64,000 bases of DNA, taken from positions 2,688,001 through 2,752,000 of the forward strand of contig OZ242260.1 of assembly GCA_965207065.1 (NCBI GenBank). The letters are read 5' to 3'. The notes under the pieces were generated by a model. That model was not told the origin of the DNA and made no database searches. It saw only the letters and a program-made list of their open reading frames with translations. A program made the position numbers and the translations under genes. Below, one piece after another: positions 17,799 through 26,898 of this stretch (position 1 is the first letter of the stretch; each line of letters opens with the position of its first letter). This DNA is from a bacterium (GTDB lineage: Bacteria > UBA8248).

Positions 17799-19085
17799 CT
17801 AGGCCCTTCTCTCGCTGGCGGGTTCTTTCAGGCCTTTCGCTTCGCAGGAGACGGTGTTGCCCTCGCCGCTCGAGGAGCCGATGACCTCGATGTGGTCGAA
17901 TTTATCCTTCATCTCGGCCTTGGATTTTCCGCGCATCACAAACACTTCCGAGATGCAGACGTGGTCGCAGGGACGAATCTGGCACTCGCCCTTGCTGTAC
18001 TGGAATTTTATGCCTTCCAGCACTTTCGCGAGCTTGAAGTGATCACGGCGTTTGTAGAGCTTGGTCTCTTTCGCCGTGTCCAGGATCAGCCGCGTGAGGT
18101 CGTGGGCGAGCATTCCGTAACTCGAGCACGGGCGCTTGCGGCGCGCCAGGAACTTGTCGTTCAGCGCCTTGGCGGCCGGATACTTGCTTCCGAGAGAGGG
18201 GTGCCACATCATCGCCGCGTTGAAGCCGTCATACGAACCGGGGCCGGCGGCCTCGGGCATGGTGATCTCGGTGGCGCCGAGGACGATCTTCACCTTCTTG
18301 TCGAGACCGGCTTCGCGCGCCTGCTTGACGAAGGCGACCTGGCGCTGTCCCCAGTTGAGCGCGTAGACGACGTCGGGCTTTTCCTTCAGGATTCTCGGGA
18401 ACGTCGCCGAATAGTCCATCGATGTCGGGAAGGGCACCCAGGAGATGGAACTATTCTTGTTCCACGTGAGGTTGAAGTCCTTCGTCAGCTTCTCGAAGGC
18501 CGGGATGAACATCTTGGGCCAGATATAGTCGTCGAACACACAGTGGATCTTTTTGCCTAAATTGTTCTTGGCGATATACGTGAGCGAACTCGCGCATAGC
18601 TGGTACGGCGTGGTGTTCGCAGTGAAGAACAGGGGCGACATCTTCTTCGCGTTCCCCGGGGTGGACATGATGTGCTGGGGGTAGTTCGCATAGATGATAT
18701 TGCGCTTGCGGGAGAACTCGTTGAGGCGTACTTCTTCGGGGCCGACCATGGAGCCCGCAATGAAGTCGACCCTGTGGTTGTCAATCAGGTCGAGCGCGTG
18801 CGTGGTGGTCTGGTCCCATTTGAACTGATCGTCGCGGAAGAGCAGCTTGACTTCGCGCCCGTCCACGCCGCCTTCCTTGTTGACGTCCTCGATGGCGATC
18901 TTGACGCCTTCCACCTGGTCGAACGCCTCGGTGGCGTAGGGGCCCGTCGTCGGGTGGATGGAACCCCATTTGATAGGCCGGGCGCCGAGCCCTTCTCTCA
19001 GGAAGGGGGGCGCGGTCTGGGCGGCGACGATGCCGCCGATAAGGCCTGCGCCTTTCAGGAATTTTCTTCTGTCCAAACGACTCAT
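17799..19085 (-). CDS. ABC substrate-binding protein (LivK/Peripla_BP_6-like), Tat signal
   Basis: LDRRKFLKG twin-arginine signal; AIEDVNKEGGVDGR; heads a livHMGF-like operon. Confidence 0.9.
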   Translation of the reverse strand: MSRLDRRKFLKGAGLIGGIVAAQTAPPFLREGLGARPIKWGSIHPTTGPYATEAFDQVEGVKIAIEDVNKEGGVDGREVKLLFRDDQFKWDQTTTHALDLIDNHRVDFIAGSMVGPEEVRLNEFSRKRNIIYANYPQHIMSTPGNAKKMSPLFFTANTTPYQLCASSLTYIAKNNLGKKIHCVFDDYIWPKMFIPAFEKLTKDFNLTWNKNSSISWVPFPTSMDYSATFPRILKEKPDVVYALNWGQRQVAFVKQAREAGLDKKVKIVLGATEITMPEAAGPGSYDGFNAAMMWHPSLGSKYPAAKALNDKFLARRKRPCSSYGMLAHDLTRLILDTAKETKLYKRRDHFKLAKVLEGIKFQYSKGECQIRPCDHVCISEVFVMRGKSKAEMKDKFDHIEVIGSSSGEGNTVSCEAKGLKEPASERRA

Positions 19086-19379
19086 TGATACTCCTCCTTG
19101 TGGTGAATGAATGACATAAAGGCGTTGTATGCGCTGCTACGGATACCCCCAATTTTGATGCGATGAGAGGATCATAGAATCTCGCCTTCTAAGTGTCAAC
19201 AAGTGAAAAATGATGTGGTTTCATTTTTTCGTTTCGGGCGCTCTTGAGTGCGAGGCGGTCAAGGCCGGGGAGTTTTTGACATTCCAGGAAGCGTGTGTCT
19301 CTTATTCCGGGTAGTGTGGAAAGTGAAATTTCCGCCGGTGCACATTTATTCGAGCAATCATAAATTGAGGAGTATGAAA

Positions 19380-19811
19380 ATGTTCAAGAAGATTCATCAC
19401 GTGGGCCTCATCACCGACGACATGGAGCGCACCACCAGGATGTTCCAGGAAAAACTCGGCTGCGAGCCCAACCGCGTGCAGGTGGCCGATACCGGCTGGG
19501 CGCACGCCACGTTCCTGCGCATGGGCGACGTGGAAATCGAGATCATGCAGCCCTACGACCCGGAGAACCTCTACACGAAGATGCTCGAGCGAAACGGCGG
19601 GCCCTGCCTCTCGCACATCGCGCTCTCCGCGCCGGACACGGGCGCGGCGGGCAAGCATTTCACGGAGAGCGGCGTGCAGTTCCTCGAAGGCTTCGGCCCC
19701 GGCACCTACACGCCCAGAGGGTATGAAATACTCTTTCTCCATCCCGATGAGACCGAGGGCATCGTCATACAGGTGGCCTCTGACGCCCCCGCCAGGGAAA
19801 TGGGGTATTAA
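19380..19811 (+). CDS. VOC family, methylmalonyl-CoA epimerase-like
   Basis: KKIHHVGL; EIEIMQP; GPCLSHIAL; FLHPDETEGIVIQ. Confidence 0.85.
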   Translation: MFKKIHHVGLITDDMERTTRMFQEKLGCEPNRVQVADTGWAHATFLRMGDVEIEIMQPYDPENLYTKMLERNGGPCLSHIALSAPDTGAAGKHFTESGVQFLEGFGPGTYTPRGYEILFLHPDETEGIVIQVASDAPAREMGY

Positions 19812-19910
19812 CTTCGTCTTAATCTAAGGACGGAGAGCAGTTATTGTCCTGAGAAGTGGTAATGTGGAGAAGAAGTTGGTGATCCGTGCAGCGAATCGCT
19901 GCGCGCCGCC

Positions 19911-20642
19911 TCACACCCCGAGATAGTATTTCTTCACGAGTTCGTGACCGACGAGGGCTTCGGTGTTCTCGCCCGCGAAGGCGATCTCCCCGTGGACGAT
20001 GATGTAGCCCCTGTCGGCTATCTTGACCGCCTGGTTGAAGTTCTGCTCGGCCATGAGGACGGTGAGTTGGTATTCTTCTTTCAGTTCCCGGATTTTGGAG
20101 ATCACCCGGCTCACGAGGATGGGCGCGAGGCCGACGGAGGGTTCGTCCACCAGGAGCACCTTGGGCGCGGACATGAGCGCGCGGGCCACGGCCAGCATCT
20201 GCTGCTCGCCCCCGCTCATGCTGCCCGCAAGCTGGTTCTTGCGCTCGGCGAGAACCGGGAAAGCCTCGAAGGAGAAGGCCAGGTTGCGGTCGATGCCGCG
20301 GCGGGCCTCTTCGCGATAGGCGCCCAGGAGGAGGTTTTCCTCCACCGTGAGGCGCGGGAACAGGCGCCTGCCCTCAGGCACGAGCGCGACGCCCAGGTTC
20401 ACGATCTCCTCGGGTTTCTTGCCCGCCAGATCGATCCGCTCGCCGTCGGCTTCCAGGTAAATCGCGCCCTCATCGGGCTGGATGATGCCCATGATGCACT
20501 TGATGAGCGTGCTCTTGCCGTTGCCGTTTGTGCCGAGGAGCACCACGGTCTCCCCGTCGTTCACCTCGATGGAGACCCCGTGCAGCACGCGCACGGCGCC
20601 GTAGCCCGCGGATACGTTGTCGACGACGATGCTATGCGCCAA
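19911..20642 (-). CDS. ABC ATP-binding subunit (LivF-like)
   Basis: GTNGNGKST; VPEGRRLF; MSGGEQQML; DEPSVGLAP; start at TTG 20642. Confidence 0.92.
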   Translation of the reverse strand: MAHSIVVDNVSAGYGAVRVLHGVSIEVNDGETVVLLGTNGNGKSTLIKCIMGIIQPDEGAIYLEADGERIDLAGKKPEEIVNLGVALVPEGRRLFPRLTVEENLLLGAYREEARRGIDRNLAFSFEAFPVLAERKNQLAGSMSGGEQQMLAVARALMSAPKVLLVDEPSVGLAPILVSRVISKIRELKEEYQLTVLMAEQNFNQAVKIADRGYIIVHGEIAFAGENTEALVGHELVKKYYLGV

Positions 20643-21357
20643 GGTAGGCCCTTTCCACGTCCTTGTTGTTGACGATCTCATCGGGCGTCCCCTCGGCTAT
20701 CTTTTCCCCGGCGTCGAGGACGACGATGCGCTCCGAGAAGTTCATGACCGCCCGCATGATGTGCTCGATCATGATGACCGTGAGGCCTTCCTCGTTCAGA
20801 CGCACGAGGATTTCGAGAATGTCGTCCACCTCGGTGTTGGAGAGGCCGGCCATGGCCTCGTCCGATATGAGGAGCCTCGGCTTGGCCGCCATGGCGCGGG
20901 CGAGTTCGAGCTTGCGCAGTTCGATCTGGGTGAGTCCCCCGGTTCGCACGTCGGCCTTGTCCGCCATGCTCATGATCTCGAGTATCTCCATGGCCTCGCC
21001 CTGAAGTTCCGCCCCGTGGGAGTGCTGGTGGGCGGCGTATTCGAGAGGAATGCACAGGTTCTCGAGAACCGTCATGCTGACGAACGGCTTGGGAATCTGA
21101 AAACTGCGGGCGATGCCCAGGCGGGTTCGCTTGTAGGCGGGCATGGTGGTGATGTCCCGGCCTGCGAAGACGATGTTCCCCTCGTCGTTGTTGAGAGCGC
21201 CCGAGATGCAGTTGATCATTGTCGTCTTGCCCGAGCCGTTGGGGCCGATTAGGCCGAAGCGCTCGTTTTCCTTCACGTGCAGATCCACTTTGGTGAGTGC
21301 GCTGAATCCGCCGAAGCGCTTGGTGACGCCGTGTACGTCGAGGAGGTTTTCGTTCAT
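20632..21357 (-). CDS. ABC ATP-binding subunit (LivG-like)
   Basis: GPNGSGKTT; GIARSFQ; IEHIM; VERAYLG; start trimmed to MNENLL. Confidence 0.92.
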   Translation of the reverse strand: MNENLLDVHGVTKRFGGFSALTKVDLHVKENERFGLIGPNGSGKTTMINCISGALNNDEGNIVFAGRDITTMPAYKRTRLGIARSFQIPKPFVSMTVLENLCIPLEYAAHQHSHGAELQGEAMEILEIMSMADKADVRTGGLTQIELRKLELARAMAAKPRLLISDEAMAGLSNTEVDDILEILVRLNEEGLTVIMIEHIMRAVMNFSERIVVLDAGEKIAEGTPDEIVNNKDVERAYLGA

Positions 21358-22316
21358 CACGCCTCCTTGCCCACGAGTCGTGCGCGAATCTTGCCGAACA
21401 GGCCCACGAGGCCGTCGGGTGCGAACACCACGAAGCCAACGAGCAGGCTGCCCACGATGAGCAGGTTCATCTCGGCGGAGAGCGTGACGGTGGCTATCTG
21501 CTGGGCAGTACCGACCAGAACCGCGCCGACCAGCGGGCCGAGCCATGAGGTGGTGCCGCCGATCATGGGCATGGCGAGGCTGTTCACCGCGTAGTCGAGG
21601 TGAAAGGCCGATGTGGGTTCAATGTAGACGACGAAATAGGAAAACGGCGCACCCGCGATTCCCATCAGCGCGCCGCTCACCGTGGTGGCGAACAGCTTGA
21701 TTTTGAGAATGGGCACGCCCATGCACTCGGCCGCTTCCTCGTTGTCGCGGATGGCGGCCATTCCCCGCCCGACCCAGGATTTCTCGATGAGCCAGGCGAC
21801 GGCCACGGCGACCACGGCGAGCGCCGCCATGACGAAGAAGAGGAACTCGTCGTAGTTCGAGAACAGCGGCACGCTCCTTGGTTTCAGGATGGCCGTGCCC
21901 GCGCCGCCGCCCACGTAGTCCCAGTTCGAGACGACCATCTGGAGCACGACGGCCAGCGCGAGGGTGGCGATGGAGAAGAACACGCCCCTGAGCCTCAAGG
22001 TCAGGTAGCCGATGCCGAGTCCCAGGAGGCCCGAAACGATGCCGCCCGAAATGAGCAGCACGTAAAGGGGCGGCTTCCAGGTCTTGATGAGCGCGACGGC
22101 GGTGTAGGCGCCCATGGCGAAGAACGCCGCCGTGCCGAAATTCACATATCCGGTGTAGCCGCCCAGGATGTTCCAGGCGGTGGCCAGGACGACGTACTGC
22201 AAAACGACGTAGGCCGCCTTGTAGTAGAAGCGGTTCTCCATCTGGGTCGTGATAAGGAATGCCCCGACTACGAGTACGGCGGCCACGATCAGGAAGAGCC
22301 TCTTTTCGTTACTCAA
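21357..22316 (-). CDS. ABC permease (LivM-like)
   Basis: WNILGGYTGYVNFG; LRLRGVFFSIATLA; AIRDNEEAA. Confidence 0.92.
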   Translation of the reverse strand: MSNEKRLFLIVAAVLVVGAFLITTQMENRFYYKAAYVVLQYVVLATAWNILGGYTGYVNFGTAAFFAMGAYTAVALIKTWKPPLYVLLISGGIVSGLLGLGIGYLTLRLRGVFFSIATLALAVVLQMVVSNWDYVGGGAGTAILKPRSVPLFSNYDEFLFFVMAALAVVAVAVAWLIEKSWVGRGMAAIRDNEEAAECMGVPILKIKLFATTVSGALMGIAGAPFSYFVVYIEPTSAFHLDYAVNSLAMPMIGGTTSWLGPLVGAVLVGTAQQIATVTLSAEMNLLIVGSLLVGFVVFAPDGLVGLFGKIRARLVGKEA

Positions 22317-22319
22317 GGG

Positions 22320-23192
22320 CTACCTCCCGAAGAGGCCGGACGGCCGGACCGCCAGGCAGATAAGCAGAATGCCGAACGAGACGGCCAGCGCCCACGAGGG
22401 GCCGAAGAACGAAGAGGTGAAGCTCTCCGCTACGCCCAGGATGAGCGCGCCCACGAGCGTGCCCGTCATGCTGCCCAGCCCGCCGAGCACGGTGACCGCG
22501 AACACGCGGCCGATGTACTCGCGTCCGATGGTCGGCTCGACCGGGCCGATGATGATCAGCAGGGAGCCCGCGATCACGGCGGTGGCGATGCCGATGCCGA
22601 AGGCGACCGTCTTGATGCGAATCGGGTCGACCCCCATGAGTTGGACGGCGAGGCTGTCCTGCGCCACGCCCATGATGGCGCGGCCGAAAAACGTTTTTGT
22701 GAGAAACAGGTACAGGACGGTGGAGAGTATCCCCCCCACGAGGAAGGGCACGAACAGCCGATAGGCGATTCCCACCGGACCGATAGACGTGGACTTGCCG
22801 ATGTAGAACGCGCGGACGAGGCGGTAGTCCACCCCGAAGGTGATGATGAGTATGACCTCGATGAGGAAAAAGAGTCCGAAGAAAAACACCAGTCCGCGCA
22901 GGGATTCCGCCCCCGTCTTTTCGAAGCTGTTGTAGTAGATGCGGTAGACCGCGACGCCCACGAAATAGGCGGGAACCGCGAAGATAAGGCCCGCGAGCAC
23001 CGGGTCGAACCCGAAGTGCTCGTTTGCGTAGAAAGTCAGGTAGGAACCGAAGAGAATGAACGCCGGATGGGCGATGTTCACGACGTCCAGCAAACCGAAT
23101 GAGAGCGAAAGACCGGCGCTTAACGCGGCGTAGAAGCCTCCCAGCAGGAGGCCCGCGACGAGCGCATTCAACAAGAATTCGATGCTGAGCAT
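22320..23192 (-). CDS. ABC permease (LivH-like)
   Basis: GLSLSFGLLDVVNIAH; VLGGLGS; RPSGLFG. Confidence 0.92.
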   Translation of the reverse strand: MLSIEFLLNALVAGLLLGGFYAALSAGLSLSFGLLDVVNIAHPAFILFGSYLTFYANEHFGFDPVLAGLIFAVPAYFVGVAVYRIYYNSFEKTGAESLRGLVFFFGLFFLIEVILIITFGVDYRLVRAFYIGKSTSIGPVGIAYRLFVPFLVGGILSTVLYLFLTKTFFGRAIMGVAQDSLAVQLMGVDPIRIKTVAFGIGIATAVIAGSLLIIIGPVEPTIGREYIGRVFAVTVLGGLGSMTGTLVGALILGVAESFTSSFFGPSWALAVSFGILLICLAVRPSGLFGR

Positions 23193-23224
23193 GGATGCTC
23201 TCCTGCGACGAGCCGGACGCGGAC

Positions 23225-23247
23225 CGGGGGGAGAAAGTCTCCCCCCG
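23225..23247 (-). terminator. Hairpin after the binding-protein gene
   Basis: CGGGGGGAGA-AAG-TCTCCCCCCG. Confidence 0.55.
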
Positions 23248-23270
23248 ATCGCAGTTTTATGTCCGGTTCG

Positions 23271-24530
23271 TTACTTGCCTTTCGCGTATGGATAGATGAG
23301 GTTTCCAGACTTGAAGTCCTCGGGATACAGCACGATCATCTTGCCGGGTTTGCTGAACTCGCTCATCTTGTTGCTCTTGATGTTCTGCAGCTGCACCTGG
23401 AACGTCCGGGAGGTCGCCCACTCGCCGTTCTTGCCGAACTTCACGTTTCCGACCACGGTGGAATGTGTGTTGTTGCGAATGTAGGCGCCGACCTTCGCCT
23501 GGTCGAAGCTCTTGGTGGCCTCGATCGCATTTCCGAGCAACTGCACGTAGGCGTAGGCGAACGGCGGCAGGTAGTAGCCCAGGGGGTCGAGTTTCTGCTT
23601 GGGCGCTTCTTTCTGGTATTTCGCCAGGAAGGCTTCGATGCCGGGGAATTTCAGGGTCTTCTCTGGCGCCCAGAACCAGTAGTTCGTGATGCCGTTCAGC
23701 AGTTTGCCGAGGTTCATCTGGATGGCGGTGTACTGAAGTCCCACCATGCCGCCGCCGAAGAGCTTGGGTTCCAGGCCGATCTCATGCGCGGCCTTCACGA
23801 TGCCCACCGAGCCGCCCGGGTAGGAGCCCACGTAGAAGAGATCGGGATTCGCGGCCTTGACCGCGCGCAGAATCGGCGTGAAGTCGGACGTGCCGGGGAA
23901 GGGGTATCGTTGGTCGTAGACGACCTTCAAGCCGTATTTCTTCGCGTTCCGGCGGGCGCCGGCGACGGCGTTGCGCGCGAACTCGGAATCAGCCGAGAGC
24001 AGCGCGATCGTCTTGGGCTGGGGCTTTTGCTTCTTGGCGAGTTCGAAGAAGCCGCGCGACCAGTCCACTATCGGGTCGGGGCCGGCCGGCATGATCTGGA
24101 AGTAGTTGTTGTATTTGAACTTCGCGTTCGCATCCAGACCGAAAAGACCCATGAACACCATGCCGCGCTCCATCGCGATGGGCAGCGCGGGAACGATGAG
24201 GTTCGTTCCGTAGCCTGATACGATGAAGTCCACCTTGTCCACGTCGAGCAGCTTGGCGTAGATGCCCGGAACGTTGGCGGGCTTGGTCTGGTCATCGTAA
24301 TAGACCAGCTTGACCTTGCGGCCGAGCAGTCCGCCCTTGGCGTTCACGTCGTCGCGCCAGATCTGCATGGCCAGCAGCGCCGCCTTGCCTGCGGGGCCGA
24401 GCGGTCCGGTCAGCGCCATGCTGAATCCGATCTTCACTTCCTTGGCCGCATGCGCCGCGGGCGTGAAGGCGATGCTCACTGCGAGGAGCAGCGCAAACCC
24501 GAGAATGACGTGCCTGATTATCCTGCCCAT
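23271..24530 (-). CDS. ABC substrate-binding protein (LivK-like)
   Basis: Sec signal peptide AHA-A; KIGFSMALTG; VNAKGGLLGRKVKLVYYDDQ; start trimmed to ATG 24530. Confidence 0.92.
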   Translation of the reverse strand: MGRIIRHVILGFALLLAVSIAFTPAAHAAKEVKIGFSMALTGPLGPAGKAALLAMQIWRDDVNAKGGLLGRKVKLVYYDDQTKPANVPGIYAKLLDVDKVDFIVSGYGTNLIVPALPIAMERGMVFMGLFGLDANAKFKYNNYFQIMPAGPDPIVDWSRGFFELAKKQKPQPKTIALLSADSEFARNAVAGARRNAKKYGLKVVYDQRYPFPGTSDFTPILRAVKAANPDLFYVGSYPGGSVGIVKAAHEIGLEPKLFGGGMVGLQYTAIQMNLGKLLNGITNYWFWAPEKTLKFPGIEAFLAKYQKEAPKQKLDPLGYYLPPFAYAYVQLLGNAIEATKSFDQAKVGAYIRNNTHSTVVGNVKFGKNGEWATSRTFQVQLQNIKSNKMSEFSKPGKMIVLYPEDFKSGNLIYPYAKGK

Positions 24531-24688
24531 TTTTTTCTCCCTCTCGATTTCGACTATAGAGTTTCGGTTTCGAGACGCTGCGCCGCAAACGTGTCTGCGG
24601 CAATACATTCATACTTACTTATTTTGAGGTAGCGAAATTTATCATAATACGTCTTAGCTTACAATAACTTGACAATCATAAAGGGATA

Positions 24689-25474
24689 TCAGGGAGAAAA
24701 TCGCTGGAGAATGGCTTTTGCATGTACTCTAATTTCTGGTGTCCAGTTCTGTTCCCAGTCTGTCAGCAACTCCCCATAGGTGCAGGCAATAAATTTCACC
24801 TCGTCTTCCATTACTTCTTTTCTGAAAATATCGATTTCCTCCTTGTGATTAATTTTGGTTATTTCGTCGATGGGTCTGCCATTTTTTGGCCAACACTCGG
24901 GTTCTGCATAAATATAGAATAGGGTGGCCTTTTGGTCTTCGAATTTGCGCCCCGGTTGGATTTGCGTTCTCAAAGCAAAGGCGTGTTTGACGAGTTGGGT
25001 CGCGTCGAGATGCTCAAAGTGTCTTTCGTTTTTATGAAGCTTGTCTCTTACGTTCTCGTAACCCTTCATACGCTTGCCCCAAACTTGCCTCCAATACGCA
25101 CACGAAAAAGAAGCTTTCTTGTTTCTTCGAAAAGGCTCGAACCTTTTTGACTCGATGCCGATGAGTTCAGATGGCGTGATAACCAGGGCATCCAGAACGG
25201 GGTGGCGGCCGCCACGCCAAGGGAAGCGCACTGTCTTCTCAAGAGCCAACGAAACCGCTGATCCTTTCCATTGGTCACATTCAGGAAGGAGGGGCAGATC
25301 CCACGCTCGATTGAGAAAGAACCCAAAGGTATTGGCCGCGAGCGCGGCGGAGGATTCCGGACTGTCAAACTTCCCGCTCTCTATTTCGTTACCTGCTGCG
25401 GCGTTGAATATTAATTCGATTTCTTCACCCGGAACGCCGGGCAGCCATCTTTGGGAACTGTTAATTGTTGTCAA
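24689..25474 (-). CDS. Putative PD-(D/E)XK restriction-endonuclease-like protein (PGN_0703-like)
   Basis: SPESSAALAANTF; HPVLDALV..LIGIESKRFEPF (D..ExK); LDATQLVKHAFAL; visibly lower GC than the flanks. Confidence 0.6.
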   Translation of the reverse strand: MTTINSSQRWLPGVPGEEIELIFNAAAGNEIESGKFDSPESSAALAANTFGFFLNRAWDLPLLPECDQWKGSAVSLALEKTVRFPWRGGRHPVLDALVITPSELIGIESKRFEPFRRNKKASFSCAYWRQVWGKRMKGYENVRDKLHKNERHFEHLDATQLVKHAFALRTQIQPGRKFEDQKATLFYIYAEPECWPKNGRPIDEITKINHKEEIDIFRKEVMEDEVKFIACTYGELLTDWEQNWTPEIRVHAKAILQRFSP

Positions 25475-25590
25475 ATCGGCCGTCTCCTATATCGAGGGAT
25501 TGCCCCATGCAATCCCTCACTTATCGGTATATACCGAGAAACGGCGTTTTTATTCACCAAAAAATGAAATAATCGAGAGATTCGTTGGAT

Positions 25591-26868
25591 TTACGCCTTC
25601 ACCTTCTCGTTGGCGAGGTGCGCAATGGAGGAGGCGAGGATTTCTGCGCCCTTCACCATGTCGTCAAAGTGCGTGAACTCCTCGGGCGTGTGCGAGAGCC
25701 CGCCCACCGAGGGAATGAACACCATTCCGATCGGGCATATCGCCGCCATGCGGCAGGCGTCGTGCACCCCGCCGCTCGATAGCGTGAGCGCGGCGTGTCC
25801 CGTTTCTTTGGAAGCGCGGCGGAGCGCCTTTTGAATGTTGTTGGAGGTGGGGCAGACGGCCAGCTTCTTCACGTCGGAGAGGCGGCCTTCGACGCCCCGC
25901 TCCTTCTCGATGGCGGCAAGCGTTTTTTCCATCCGCGCGAGGGTGCGCTCCATCACCGCCTGGCTTCTGCTTCTGAGATCGAAAGAAAGCCTCGCCCCTC
26001 CGGGCACGATGGACACCCATCCCGGGAGCGCTTCCATCTCCCCGAAGGTGATTGTTACGCGCTGAGACTCGGGCGCGCGGTTCACGAAGTTCTCCATGCG
26101 CACCATGAAGTCCGCCGCCGCGATTCCGGCGTCCTTTCGGTAGGGCATGGGCTGTCCGCCCGAGTGTGCCGTGACGCCAGTGAAGTGAACCTCGCCCCTC
26201 GTGTATCCCACCACCCTGTCCACGATGCCGATGGGTATCTCGGCCGATTCGAGCACCGGCCCCTGTTCGATGTGAAGCTCCAGAAAGGCCTTGAGTGAAC
26301 CGTCTTTAATCCGGCACGAGCGTACGCGCGCAGGATTGCCGCCCACCGCCTCGATGGCCTCATAGAGTGATTTTCCCGTAGGCGGATGCTCCGTGTTCTT
26401 CAAATCTTTCACGCCCACGACACCCGTGGCGACGCTGCTGCCGAACACCGTCATCCCGCATGCGGATTCCTCACCCACGAAGGCCATCACCTCGATGGGG
26501 TGATCGTGGGCGAGTCCCGTTTCGTCGATGCGCCGGAACGCTTCGAGAGCAGTGAGCACGCCCGCGGGGCCGTCGAAGCGTCCGCCCGGGCTCTGGGAAT
26601 CGAGATGCGAGCCGGCCATCACGGCGGGAAGTCCGCGCACGCGGCCCTCTTTTCGTCCATACAGATTCCCCACGGCGTCGACCCGCGTCTCAAGGCCCGC
26701 GTTCTTCATCCAGCCCTCGACGAGGTCTCGCACCTCGTTGTAGACCGGCGTGAAGGCCACGCGGTCGAGGCCCGTTTTTCCGTATTTGCCGATCTTCGCC
26801 TGGGCGTTGAACTCACGCCTCATGCGGGCGCGGTTCGCGCGGAGGGGAAACGTTTCTTTAGACGGCAT
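25591..26868 (-). CDS. Zn-dependent hydrolase, allantoate amidohydrolase/N-carbamoyl-L-amino acid hydrolase family
   Basis: DAVGNLYGR; GSHLDS..GGRFDG; GEE; FLELHIEQGPVLE; AHSG; SGGVHDA; GLSHTPEE. Confidence 0.92.
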   Translation of the reverse strand: MPSKETFPLRANRARMRREFNAQAKIGKYGKTGLDRVAFTPVYNEVRDLVEGWMKNAGLETRVDAVGNLYGRKEGRVRGLPAVMAGSHLDSQSPGGRFDGPAGVLTALEAFRRIDETGLAHDHPIEVMAFVGEESACGMTVFGSSVATGVVGVKDLKNTEHPPTGKSLYEAIEAVGGNPARVRSCRIKDGSLKAFLELHIEQGPVLESAEIPIGIVDRVVGYTRGEVHFTGVTAHSGGQPMPYRKDAGIAAADFMVRMENFVNRAPESQRVTITFGEMEALPGWVSIVPGGARLSFDLRSRSQAVMERTLARMEKTLAAIEKERGVEGRLSDVKKLAVCPTSNNIQKALRRASKETGHAALTLSSGGVHDACRMAAICPIGMVFIPSVGGLSHTPEEFTHFDDMVKGAEILASSIAHLANEKVKA

Positions 26869-26898
26869 CAAGCGGCCTCCTTGGAAAACAAAACTGGA

